A model generated the notes under the pieces. It was not told the DNA's origin. It searched no databases and was given only the letters and a program-made list of their open reading frames with translations. A program made the translations under genes and the position numbers. DNA of 24,523 nt, from positions 1-24,523 of the forward strand of contig BAAFSQ010000149.1 in the NCBI GenBank assembly GCA_054661495.1, written 5' to 3'. Positions 11,131 to 21,659 of this stretch are shown here, piece by piece. The stretch comes from Zygophlyctis sp. KS116 (taxonomy: Eukaryota > Fungi > Chytridiomycota). Position 1 is the first letter of the stretch. Each line of letters opens with the position of its first letter.

Positions 11131-12363
11131 GTAAATTCTAATTTAAATGGGATCCAACTTCGTTAGTAAAACTTAATAAACAGAACATAAATACTATATT
11201 GGATTGTGGGGTAGGGTTCTAAAATCGCTAAAGCATTGCCATTCATTTTTTTGCTTATGTGTTAGTAATGAATGACATAAGCCATACAACACTAAGCGCA
11301 TTTCGGACACCTTAGGTTAAAACCCATTGAGGATCAGCTAAACGAAGGTACCACTCACGAGTGCCTGTGCATATCCCATTCGAACGAGCGATATCAGCCA
11401 AAAATCATCCTCAGAAGTCAATTTCCCTGATACAAATTTTTTAATTGATCTGGTAAAAACAGACAAGAGAAAATTACACTGAAATTCATAGAGTATCTTA
11501 AAAGTAAACCTGCAACATTGCTGATACTTTCCAGAGTGTGGCAGGAGTTGTATGGGCTACAAAACAGCAAGGAAATTGGTGTACTTTCAGGACTGGTGAC
11601 AGCAATTAACAATTTCCAAAAATGCAAATAAGATGTCAGCCGTACGGACATTGATCCTTCAAAATCCTCCTGCGGTCCCGGAGTACCTTGGGGATCCAAA
11701 AGCCGATAAGGAAATTACGAAATTAGTTTCTTATCTCTCAGGATATACACAGCGAAACATTATTGTATTATCAGGGATCAAACGTTTATACTATGATTTA
11801 AACGATACGTAATATTTCTCTGTACAACTCTCAAAGCAAACAGGGATATACTCTTCTAAATCAGTTTAATGTATGTTATAAAGAAATTAAATAAACTGCT
11901 CGTTTTAATTAGTTTTTTTTCCTTTTTACCAATTTCTTGCTTAGTCGATTTTGTTTGTATGTTCTGCTCTTCCCTAATGGTTGCGCGAACATCAGTGACA
12001 GATGGAAGAAAGGATTGAGATTAGCACTGAATCTCTCTTTGCAGACCTCACGATAAGACCGAAAATTAATCTGCCCAAAAACAATTTTAATAAGAGCAGA
12101 AAGGATGACTTGCTGAAGTACAGCGAGGCGCATTGTCAGCATCAACCACCCGCACAATTTCAGCATTTCAAGCTGGTCCTTTATTTGTTTCTTTGGTGGC
12201 CCGGTGCTTCATTTCAACTTTGTAACCTCATGACAGTGCTTCATCCAATGAATTTCCAGTGATGACTTTTTCTTGAAATATTTCGAAGAGTTTATTGTTC
12301 AGACTTGTTTCAGTCGAATTCCTAGTTTACCAAAGTCGGGGTTAGGGCAGTTTAGGGTAAGGA

Positions 12364-12534
12364 GAGGTTTGCAAGTTCATCTATGAGAGCATTATTGTGA
12401 AATATGTCGTACCTTTCGAAATAATTACTGATCGTGGGAAGAACTTTCTCTCTGAAGCTGAAGATTATGATTTAAAGATTGGAATTTCTCACCTGGCTTC
12501 GAGTCCTTATCATCCAGAAACCAACGGAATGATT
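12364..12534 (+). mobile_element. Ty3/gypsy integrase core fragment
   Basis: EVCKFIYESIIVKYVVPFEIITDRGKNF..IGISHLASSPYHPETNGM. Not present in the ORF track because it lacks a start codon. Confidence 0.85.
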
Positions 12535-12569
12535 GTCTTAACTCTTCCCCATGTTGAAATATAACCAAC

Positions 12570-13890
12570 AGTAAATTTATGTCGCGCTAATGAACCTAAA
12601 ACAGAAGGGGAGATGCTTCAAGTTGCCAATGTAGCGGAATCTTTTTTTAACGAAGCTTTATAGTCAAAATGGTCAAATTATTCTAACCTTTCTAATTTCT
12701 TTATTCGATTATCATAACGAATGACTACAAATACTACACTGATAATGATTGCTCTTATTAAGAAGATAGTAAGTACACGGAGTAAATAAACTGCCGTCTG
12801 TAATTTTCGTTCATGGGTTACCATTTTTTCACGGAAAATTGATTTTGTTGAGTAATGATGTCTAGACATTAAAATGGATGTCAAGTCTGATTTGATTATC
12901 GAAACTCCGACTTTCTTATCTAAAACGGACATGAAAAGAAAAACAGCTCAAAACGAGAAAAAGAAGAATCCTCCGCTATACCAGACTGCTACTGATGAGA
13001 GGATTTATGAGCCGAGAAGAAAAGCTGTTACTAGCTGGTTCTACTATTGTCAATGCTGCTGATGCTGGTACTACTTCTGTGGATGCTGATGGTGCTGGGA
13101 CCATTATAATGGATGCTGCTGAAGCTGTGACTACCGTAGTGGATGCTGCTGATTCTGGTACTACTGCTGCTGATGCTGCTGAATCTGTTACTATTGTTGT
13201 GGATGCTGCTGAAGCTGTTGCTACTGTTGTGAATTCTGCTGATTCTGGTACTACTGTTGTTGATGCTGAGAAAATTATAGTAGATGCAGCTGATGCTGGA
13301 TAACCCTTTGTAGATTTATTTAACATAATCCATACGTCTTATCATTGTCATAAGAAAAAGAAGGTTTATATAGCTGATCAGAATGGACAAATGAAGTTTG
13401 ATCAAATTTTTGATCAAATTGAGGCACTCAGAAACTTGTCAACTAATGAAAAATTGAATGCAGAGTACTCCAAACTCCCTGGAACCGTACTTAGAATCGC
13501 TGGTGCTCTACATAGAAAAGGTAATTTACAAACGAATGGATACGAGGCTTTAAAAAAAGAGCTGCTACGTGAATAGGTATAACTTAGCTACTTATTTTAT
13601 GATGCAAAGGTATGATTATGTACAGTGATTGTTTTCAGAATTATTTTTAAAGATGGTGTTTTATGAGAATTAGAACCCCCTGACATCATATATGATTTAG
13701 AAGAATTTGTGTTAAAAGAATCTTATATTGCCCTGGAATCAGCTTTTTTGCGTCGGATATAATAAGAGGACGTAGATTAGAGCAATCCCTTATCAAAAGA
13801 ACTATGGAATTAATTGGACTTGCAGGATTTGGCGAAGTATCATTTTCTTTGAGTCAGTCTAATCGAAACAGAGGAGTAATTTTTTAAATT
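12570..13890 (+). pseudogene. Decayed ORF of an unassigned multicopy family (tentatively DUF3987-like) carrying a 10-aa repeat insert
   Basis: ORFs 12995 and 13391 share a frame across one TAA. Motifs RGFMSR and AEYSKLPGTVLRIAGALH; C-terminal ELIGLAGFGEV. Homologous fragment at 21517-21620. Confidence 0.45.
13034..13300. repeat. 30-bp minisatellite, 7 full units plus partials (DAADSGTTVV)
   Basis: Units such as gatgctgctgattctggtactactgttgtg starting at 13052. Open on both strands. Confidence 0.92.
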
Positions 13891-14314
13891 TAAATGAGTA
13901 GGAAAATATAATCAAGCTAATCATATTTAGTTCTGATTATATAAAATCAAATTCAGTTGGAAGATCTCGGATCAAGCTCTTCAGATTAGACTCTCAGCTT
14001 TTGGACGATCCAATTTTCAATACAATACAGGATTTATGAATTTGAAGAAGATTTTTTTGATTTTTCTTAGTAGGGCTTTTTGAATATATTTGTCCTAAAT
14101 GTTCTCGTTTTACATTGTCGATGAGCATATAGGTGAAACCGGAATAATTAATAGAATCTGCTGTAAATGCTTGGGAAATGAGAAATTAGATAAAATCTAC
14201 TTTCTCGAGCATTTAGAAGAAATTTCTCAAATGATCTCTTTACCTTCCTGCATTTTAGTGCTATCAATCGACTGCATGGAAGATCAAACTCTAGAAGAGT
14301 TTGGTCTTGATCTT

Positions 14315-14441
14315 TATAATATATACCTATATATTATTAAAGTTGATTAGATAAAGTATAATATAATAAGTGTATAATATATACCGATATAATATTAAAG
14401 TTGATTAGATAAAGTATAATATAATAAGTGTATAATATATA
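14315..14441. repeat. AT-rich 58-bp tandem duplication
   Basis: attaaagttgattagataaagtataatataataagtgtataatatata occurs twice at 58-bp spacing. Confidence 0.92.
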
Positions 14442-14689
14442 TAATATTAAATAACCGTAACCCTAGACTGAGCCTTAATTCCAGAATTTTCAGCACACTT
14501 CACAAGAGTTGACCTGGCACACCTTTTGTAAAGATATCTGCTAGCTGATTCCTATAAGGACAATAAACAAATTTAACAAGGTTTTTAGATACATATTCCC
14601 TAATAACCTGGAATTTAACTTGTATATGTTTTGTGCGCTTATGATCTTCTGGATTCTTTATTAGAGCTATACACGCCTTATTGTATTCG

Positions 14690-14785
14690 AAAATTATTTA
14701 TAGAAATCACGACTATAAATAGAGACAATCTATAAATAGATTCTTTACCTTTTCTAAAACAACATTTTTCTCGATATCAGCACCA
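14690..14785 (+). mobile_element. Degenerate LTR 3' part plus PBS, paralog of 8124-8269
   Basis: actataaatagagacaatctataaatagattctttaccttttct aligns with actataaatagcgcactactattaatagattcttctaccttttt. PBS cgatatcagcacca overlaps the ATG. Confidence 0.72.
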
Positions 14786-15480
14786 TGTCTTCCAATAACA
14801 CTCAAGTTAAATCTTTTACTATCGAACCTCAACTCTCTGGCCAAGAGACATTCTTCCAGTGGCAATTCATGATAAAAATTCTTTTATCAGCATCCGGTCT
14901 TTGGGACACTGACGATTCCCCAAAAGACGACTCAACCGCACTCTTGGCAATCACTGCAAATGTAACAGAAGAGGTCAGATCTCTTCTAATTGATGCTACT
15001 ACTGCAAAACTTTGTTGGGCCATCCTCAAAACTAAATTCGCATCAAAGTCTATTCCTCTCCCGATTCAAACCATTAAGGATCTCTGTTCTTTTCAACTAG
15101 TAACAGGAGACTTCCAACAAGGGTTTATCTATTTACACAGGCTTACGAAGCGTTTAAGTATTATGCTAGTATGGCTTCAAACTGACACAATATGTTTATC
15201 ACATCAATAAGAATTGATTCTGGGGGGATATTCACTTCTGATAAATTTAGAGAATTGTACACCGTATTATACGCAGTGCACAATTTTAACATGATTCCTA
15301 GACTTCATCATGATGGTGAGGATGGAAAATCCCCATGGGAATATTGGTACGGGCATAAACCATCAGCCAACCGTTTACACGCGTTTGGTTGCCTGGCTTT
15401 TAAGTACATTCCTAAGAAACAGAGATCCAAACTAACCTCCAAATCTAAATTGAGAATCTTTAGAGTTGGTATATCATCTT
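14785..15480 (+). mobile_element. Ty1/copia relic (gag paralog of 8270 joined to integrase pieces)
   Basis: LSGQETFFQWQFMIKILLSASGLWD..DATTAKLCWAILKTKFASKS; RIDSGGIFTS; YAVHNFN..SPWEYWYGHKP..LHAFGCLAF..IPKKQRSKL. Confidence 0.88.
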
Positions 15481-15499
15481 GAAATGCTTCTAATTTCAA

Positions 15500-16230
15500 T
15501 TTTGCACAAAGAGCTATTAAAAAAACACCTAACCCTAAATTCTCTACGATTTGGTTTGGGAATTGTAACGTAACAAATGCTTCCAAATGGCATAATATTG
15601 TTTAAATTAATTCTTTGTCTACTTATCATTTCATATGGACTTTTATCCTTTTTGTAACGAATCATACGATTGACTCCATATGTAGAATATCTATGAGCGT
15701 CACTGTAGAAGGATAGAGGCAATTTGGAGGATATATGATTGGATTTTGCTATGCTAAGAATTTTTCTATGAGATCGCTCTGCGCGTGCGGGGTAGTTTTT
15801 TTCTGTGCGCATCTCCAACTTACCATTAGGAAAGATTCAAAATTACCTTGATACTCGGATCCTCCACCACTTTTAAAACCCAGTTAATTTTTCGTATTTG
15901 AATTTAAATTTCTTAAAGGCTTCAAGTAGAGTCACTGATTTTAGATCTTTAATCCAGTATAATTGAATAAATCCCGTTTTTCTGCAGACGAATTTAACAT
16001 TATATGAAAATCCTTCATATGAAGAAATAGGGAATGGAGTCGTATCTGACTCAATCATTTCCAGAATATCATAATCAATATAATCTTGTTTAAACATTAT
16101 ATTTCTTGTGACAATGCTTTTGATTTCAAAACCGAATTGCAGTTTATATCCATATCTATAAATTTTATCTCGTGCTAATTTAACGTGCGTTTTAATATGA
16201 CCCATTTTTTTATGTCAGTGTGCTCAATCA
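15500..16230 (-). mobile_element. Ty1/copia integrase fragment (different family)
   Basis: KMGH; LEMIESD..YNVKFV; GGGSEY; RAERSHR..LPLSFYSDA..YGVNR..SPYEM..MPFGSICYVTIP. Confidence 0.85.
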
Positions 16231-16344
16231 GTTATTTGAACTGTCTGCTTAGCTAAATTTTCATTTATATTTACGTTATCCAGTTCAATTAATCCAAATT
16301 TTGGATTAAAGTGACCAATCCGTAATACGGGGACTTTGCAAAGT

Positions 16345-17200
16345 TTTTAACCCTAATTCAGCACTTGAAATTAAAGCATACAGGATAAGATGATACTACT
16401 GTATCTAAGCAATCTCTATTGATATCTGATGCTGCATCCAATAATACCTACGACTGTTTTCGATGGATTGTTAGCGAGAACCGGGAACTAACTTTTTGTG
16501 AAAAAGAATTGGTGAGACATCACACTAGAGGAAATATAACGAGTAGTACATTGAAGATTATGCAAGTTGTAGAGCAAGATCTCGCTTAGTCTCTTCCTGT
16601 TAAATTTGGGGTTTCTTTTGATGGATGGAGTGAATTTGGTATTCATGATTTAGCTGTTTTTGCAGTTGGACCAGGGTTGCGAAAGGATCTACCAGTACTA
16701 ATGGATTTCTCGCCATTTCAACAAGAGAATGATCTGTCTGCTGATCAACAAAGAAAATATCTAAATACTTTGTTAAAATATTATCAAAGATACGAAGATG
16801 ATGTCATTTATCTTGTAGGGGATAATTGTTTAACTAATTTGAAACTTTCTCGTAATATGAGGATTCCTTTGATTGGTTGTCATAGTCACAAACTCAATCT
16901 GGCGGTTAAAAGATGGCTTGGTATTGTTGGCCGCGCTAAAAACAATGAAGATACTAGAACTGATGAACAAAAATATCGATGTTTGCTGCTAGAAAAGTTA
17001 TCAAAATTAATGTCCAAGATGAAGACAATCAAAGGAAAGCCAAGTTGGAGGAGTACACGGATTATGTTGCTATTAAATCCAACGAGACTCGTTGGAATGG
17101 AAGCTATCGAATGGTCGAAAGATATCTTAAATTCCATGCTTCATTATTTGAGATGGTGGCAGATGATAGTGCTGTAGGAAGGGAAATTGCCAGAACCTCA
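16345..17200 (+). mobile_element. hAT transposase relic (BED-finger tail plus catalytic N-half)
   Basis: LIQHLKLKH; LPVKFGVSFDGWS..AVFA; YLVGDNCLTN; PLIGCHSHKLNLAV (CxxH); NETRWNG. Confidence 0.88.
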
Positions 17201-17229
17201 CCTTATTCTGATGATAAACACGGAATACC

Positions 17230-17595
17230 AATGCTTCGTCGGTTTATTCGAGGTTTTTTTGAAAATGAATTTCATACAATAATTCGTTTTATAGAAGGGA
17301 CATTTCAAGCTGCCTCCTCCGGATTCAAACAACTTATTGTGCTCAGAACATATCTCAGATCAACTCATGAATACATTACTTGTGGTTTTGCTCTACTGAC
17401 TGGCAAATTAGAGTCATTACATGACGAGCTTCTAGGGGCGGTTCAAGTCGTTTTACAGGTACCTTGGAAGCCTAATTATTTTACCTCTGATTTTGAAATG
17501 GCAATTATCAATTCAATTCATAAGAAACTTCCTGAAACTCGCTTTGTGGGGTGTTTTTTCCATTTTATGCAGGCTTTATGAAAGAAAATGATAGA
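17230..17595 (+). mobile_element. MULE transposase catalytic-core fragment
   Basis: FIEGTF..GFKQ..FALLTGK..TSDFEMAIINS..GCFFHFMQAL*KK. Confidence 0.88.
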
Positions 17596-17717
17596 TTAAA
17601 AGACTAAATTTCAACTGTTTCTTATTATCTTCTATCTATTAAACTATTCATTTACCATGACTTGTTTCTGTTTTAAACAAATTACACCCATTACATTTCA
17701 ATTTGTCTATAATCGAG

Positions 17718-17841
17718 GGCTTTTTTTATGTTATCATTCTGCGATCCTCCAAAGAATTTGCCTGATTTCTTTGGCTGGAAGGCTTTTTTTATGTTTATCC
17801 TTCTGCGATCCTCCAAAGAATTTGCCTGATTTCTATGGCTG
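17718..17841. repeat. ~63-bp tandem duplication
   Basis: ggctttttttatg..ttctgcgatcctccaaagaatttgcctgatttct.tggctg at 17718 and 17781. Confidence 0.9.
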
Positions 17842-18075
17842 ATATCAGTTCCAATTTGGATCATTTGTTGATTTTTTTTCACCACCTAAAGGCGCAAAAA
17901 AAGGCAATTTTTAGCTGGCGCGAGGTGAACGCGAATACCAACGCCATATCTCGGAGGGTAAAACCGTCCTGGGTTTACTTAGGGTATTTCTATTTTGGGG
18001 CTGTCCATTAGGCAAACATATTTTAATTCAGCCAGTCTTTGAGTTCTTAGCTAACTTTTATATCAGTTGAAAATT

Positions 18076-18220
18076 TTTTGATTAGTGATTTAAGGTGTTT
18101 TTTTACCCTAAGACTTTTGATTAGTGATTTAAGGTGTTAAACCCTGATGTGGCTCAGTCTTTTATTTGTGAACTGACCACACAGGTAATAAAGTCTTTTA
18201 TTTGTGAACCGACCACACAG
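18076..18220. repeat. Two pairs of short direct repeats (24 bp and 29 bp) upstream of a gag-like ORF
   Basis: ttttgattagtgatttaaggtgtt at 18076 and 18115; agtcttttatttgtgaacYgaccacacag at 18156 and 18192. Confidence 0.88.
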
Positions 18221-18252
18221 ACTTTTAACTGATTCAGAGTCTCACTAATATA

Positions 18253-18790
18253 ATGACTATTGAAGAGTCGAAAGGAAAAATCAAACTAAGAGGTCAAGAG
18301 AATTACCTTGAATGGGTAAAACGTTTTGATGTACTAGATCATAAAAAAAATCCCTAAATTTTTCAGTACAACAAAACAAGAAAAAACAGAAGAGGCCTTT
18401 ATAAATGGTTGATCAATAATATATGCGATGAAGCTATAGCAGCACTCAATGCTGACAAAACGTTTGGAGAAAATCTTAGCCTGTTAAATAAGGCTTATGG
18501 TTATGGCAGACTAAGACCTTTGACTCAAAAGAAAAACGTTTTAGACTTGGTTGACTTTCCAGTTAAAAAAGATCCGAATCAGGTGTTCATATGGCTTGAC
18601 AAACAATTTTCTATTCTAGTGGCCTGTGGAGGACACGAAGATGAAATTTTTCTACGACAAGTTATTGAAATCAAGAAGTCCCAATGCAGCATTTGAAATA
18701 TGAGATTTTTGGTTCTTTTTAAGAGAGCAAACTTTGAACTAATCAAAAATATGATATGGGATTACTGGGAAGGTCACAGAAATTAAAAAA
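18253..18790 (+). mobile_element. Degenerate copia-type gag-like fragment
   Basis: MTIEESKGKIKLRGQENYLEWVKRF fits KLxGxxNYxxW. Continues frameshifted into ORF 18409. Confidence 0.55.
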
Positions 18791-20357
18791 TTGCAGTAGA
18801 TAAAACTATTTTTGATCCAGCAACAAAAGTAGCTTGTGCTTTTGTAGCCTCTGGAATTAAAGCAAAAGTTCGATGCGATTATAAAAAATTTAGATAACAG
18901 AAAAATGCTTTGATGGAGATAATGAAGGATGGCAAAGACTTCAGAAATCAAATGTGTTAGAATCAAATAAAATCGATTCGCAATTTCAGTGTATTCCCTT
19001 GTTTTTGTTGATTTAAAGGCGCTAAATTTAATTGGGATTCGTTTCTTTTGTTTGCTAGGAAATAGTGCGGAAAAAGATCCAGTTGATGGGGTTATAATTC
19101 TCCAGTTTCCAGAACTGTTTTTCATCAAACCTGCTCAAGAATTTGACAATCACTTCATTGATAGGAAGGGTAAAGAACATTATTTGACTGTAATTAATGA
19201 CTGCAGATTCTCAAAAAAGTATGCAAAAGAAAGAGCACAGAACGATTGTACGGAAGGGTTAGTTGAGACCAAATGTCATGGCTGGTAAACTGGGCTTGGA
19301 AAAGATCCCGTATTTATCTTATCCATCTTGGGATCATGAATGGCGTGGACTTCCACACGGAGTTGATATTTCAAAGTTTAAGAAACTGAAGAAAAAATCA
19401 TTGCGAGAAATCGCCAAGAATATGAACGCAGGGAAGATAAAATTAATAAAAAAGAATCATTAAATATGTATTTTATGTTTGATTAATAATGGTATATTGC
19501 ACGCTATTTCCATGAATTATTGAAGAAGCTATGTACATTTTTTTCTTCAGAATGCATAATTACCTCAATACTCCAAATATTGATATAATGTCGAGACATA
19601 CTATAACGGCATGATCATTTTAGTAGGTATTTAAGGTTTCAATCGTGATTTTCTAAAAATTTCAACGACTGATCTGGTTCCATAAATTACCTACTCGATT
19701 TATTATGCTTAAAATGACAAACGTTCAAAACTTGAAGACATTATCTATTAATTCGTACATTATACGCATGTTTTCGCGTCCACTCTGTCTGAAAATATTC
19801 AACGCGATCTATAAGAGTACGAGACAATACTTGTGGATTAAAACATGCCACATACATTTACACTTCTGAAAAAAAATGTGGGGAAACAATAATTGAGAAA
19901 ATATATTACTGTACAAAGATTGTGGAAGCTGTCCAAGACTGAAAATATCAAGACGGGATTAGTTGAGCATATTTCAGCATTTCACCTACAAAAAATTGGA
20001 CTTAGGACACGTATAAAACTATGATAATATCTTCCAAATTGCAATTTTTTGAGTTGTATTGATTAAAGAGGATCAAATACAGTACCTAAAGTTGAATTTT
20101 TCAGTATTGGTATTCTAATCATATCATAATATGAAAATATCTACTTCTTTAAAAGGTGTGTGGTTTAGCATATAAACTCGACCATGATATTTTAGAAATA
20201 ATTTATATATATAAAAAGCATCCCAATAGATAAGAAAAACTTTTCGAGTACGTTTAAGATAAGATTCTTTTCATAGATCGACATGTTTATGGATTTTTGT
20301 GGAAAAAATGAAAAAGTGGACCGGTTCGTTTATGTCATGAAACCATTGATATTCATT

Positions 20358-21115
20358 ATTTTTCATTATCATCAATATTCATGGATGGCAACTCATCATC
20401 ATCTTCACTTAGAACTTCTAGAAGCATCTCTAAAGTCACTTCTCTATCCTCTACATGCCCGTCGTCGTCCAAATTTTTGATGAATTTAATATTTTTCTAA
20501 TTCACCATCTTCTAAGTTAGTAATATTTAAATTCCAGAACCAGGATTTAGGACTGCTCAGTTTAGCCATAGTTAACTTTGGTTCACCCTGCCTCTGTGGC
20601 CTTTTTTCGATAAGTTGATTGAGTGCGGCAACTCCTTCGGCAATCTTAAGCCGCCAATGGTCTCTCCGAATTGGAATTATTATTCCTAAGTATTTCCCTG
20701 TAGCTGCGTATTTCATGGTACCATGCTCTTATATTATCATCTACATTCGTTTTAGGATCGGAGGTATTAATCCATTGGCATAATCTAGAATTCTTTCCTT
20801 AATTGATCTGTATTCTGATTCCTTGAGTACCCATTTGGATGATTATTAATGTATTCATTAGACTTCTTCTTTCTTTTATGCATTAGTTTACTGATTAAAT
20901 AAATTCTTAACATAATAGACGAAAATCACCCGCTCCAACAAGTCTCTTCTATTATAAGACGTCATCATCTTGGTTATTCTTACATATCGACCTAGTACTG
21001 ACCATGCACGCTCGCATGTTGCCCCATCGGTATTGCCAACTCCTAAAAAGTACTTGGGGTTCATAACCCAGGAGCACGGGAAAGTATATGTCTTAACATG
21101 CATAGCATTGACCAA
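20358..21115 (-). mobile_element. Kyakuja-Dileera-Zisupton (KDZ) transposase C-terminal relic
   Basis: VNAMH....C....NPKYFLGVGNTDGATCERAWSVL..KMM...RRDLLE fits the KDZ H/C..GxGxxDGExxERxWS motif. Acidic tail LEVLSEDDDE..*. Confidence 0.82.
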
Positions 21116-21516
21116 AAATTCACTATATTACAAAAACTTAAGGAGCAACAGAAATTCCAAACGTAAGTCTGAACTTTTAGGTTGCATTCACCCTGAAACA
21201 ATGATAAAGTACTTAAATAAAGATGAGCAAAACCATGATGGATTATTAGAAAGGTACATTATACATTATTGATAGTACAGATTTATTCCAACATACTTTA
21301 ATTTCGAATGCATAACACTTGATCAAATTAGAAAAAGTCGATTTGAGTCAAAAATTCTTCGCAGTATATTTTAACATTAACCTTTAGACTAGGATATGGG
21401 ATTATATGAATTTTTTCATTCAAAAATAAGACGAAATAATTATTCATTTAAGGTATTTGAAATTTTTTAACAGTAAGGAAGATCCACAAAAAATAATTTT
21501 TTATTTTGAAAACTTT

Positions 21517-21620
21517 GGATTTGACAACATTTACAATCTAATCAACTCAAAAAAAAGACGATAACCGAAGAGCACTAAGTTGCAGAATACGCAAAACTAC
21601 CAGGTACGGTATTGAGATTG
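21517..21620 (+). pseudogene. Second fragment of the AEY[SA]KLPGTVLR family
   Basis: GFDNIYNLINSKK/..TITEEH*VAEYAKLPGTVLRL aligns with KFDQIFDQIEALRNLSTNEKLNAEYSKLPGTVLRI. Confidence 0.7.
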
Positions 21621-21659
21621 CCTCCCTTAACCCTAAATAGAATCGGGAGGGGTTGTAAT

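Noticed and set aside
8270-15130. RIP-type hypermutation between repeated elements
   Set aside because: Paralogous gags differ by many synonymous changes and transversions, CpA remains common, and long ORFs persist. No directional C-to-T excess was evident by eye (not computed).
5030-15586. Antisense or alternate-frame ORFs in the track (e.g. 5030, 5410, 5490, 8389, 8602, 10388, 14829, 15308)
   Set aside because: They are shadows of recognisable TE coding frames on the other strand or frame.
18076-18220. CRISPR-like repeat-spacer array
   Set aside because: Only two copies of each of two different repeats, with spacers of 15 and 7 bp, no cas genes and a eukaryotic context.
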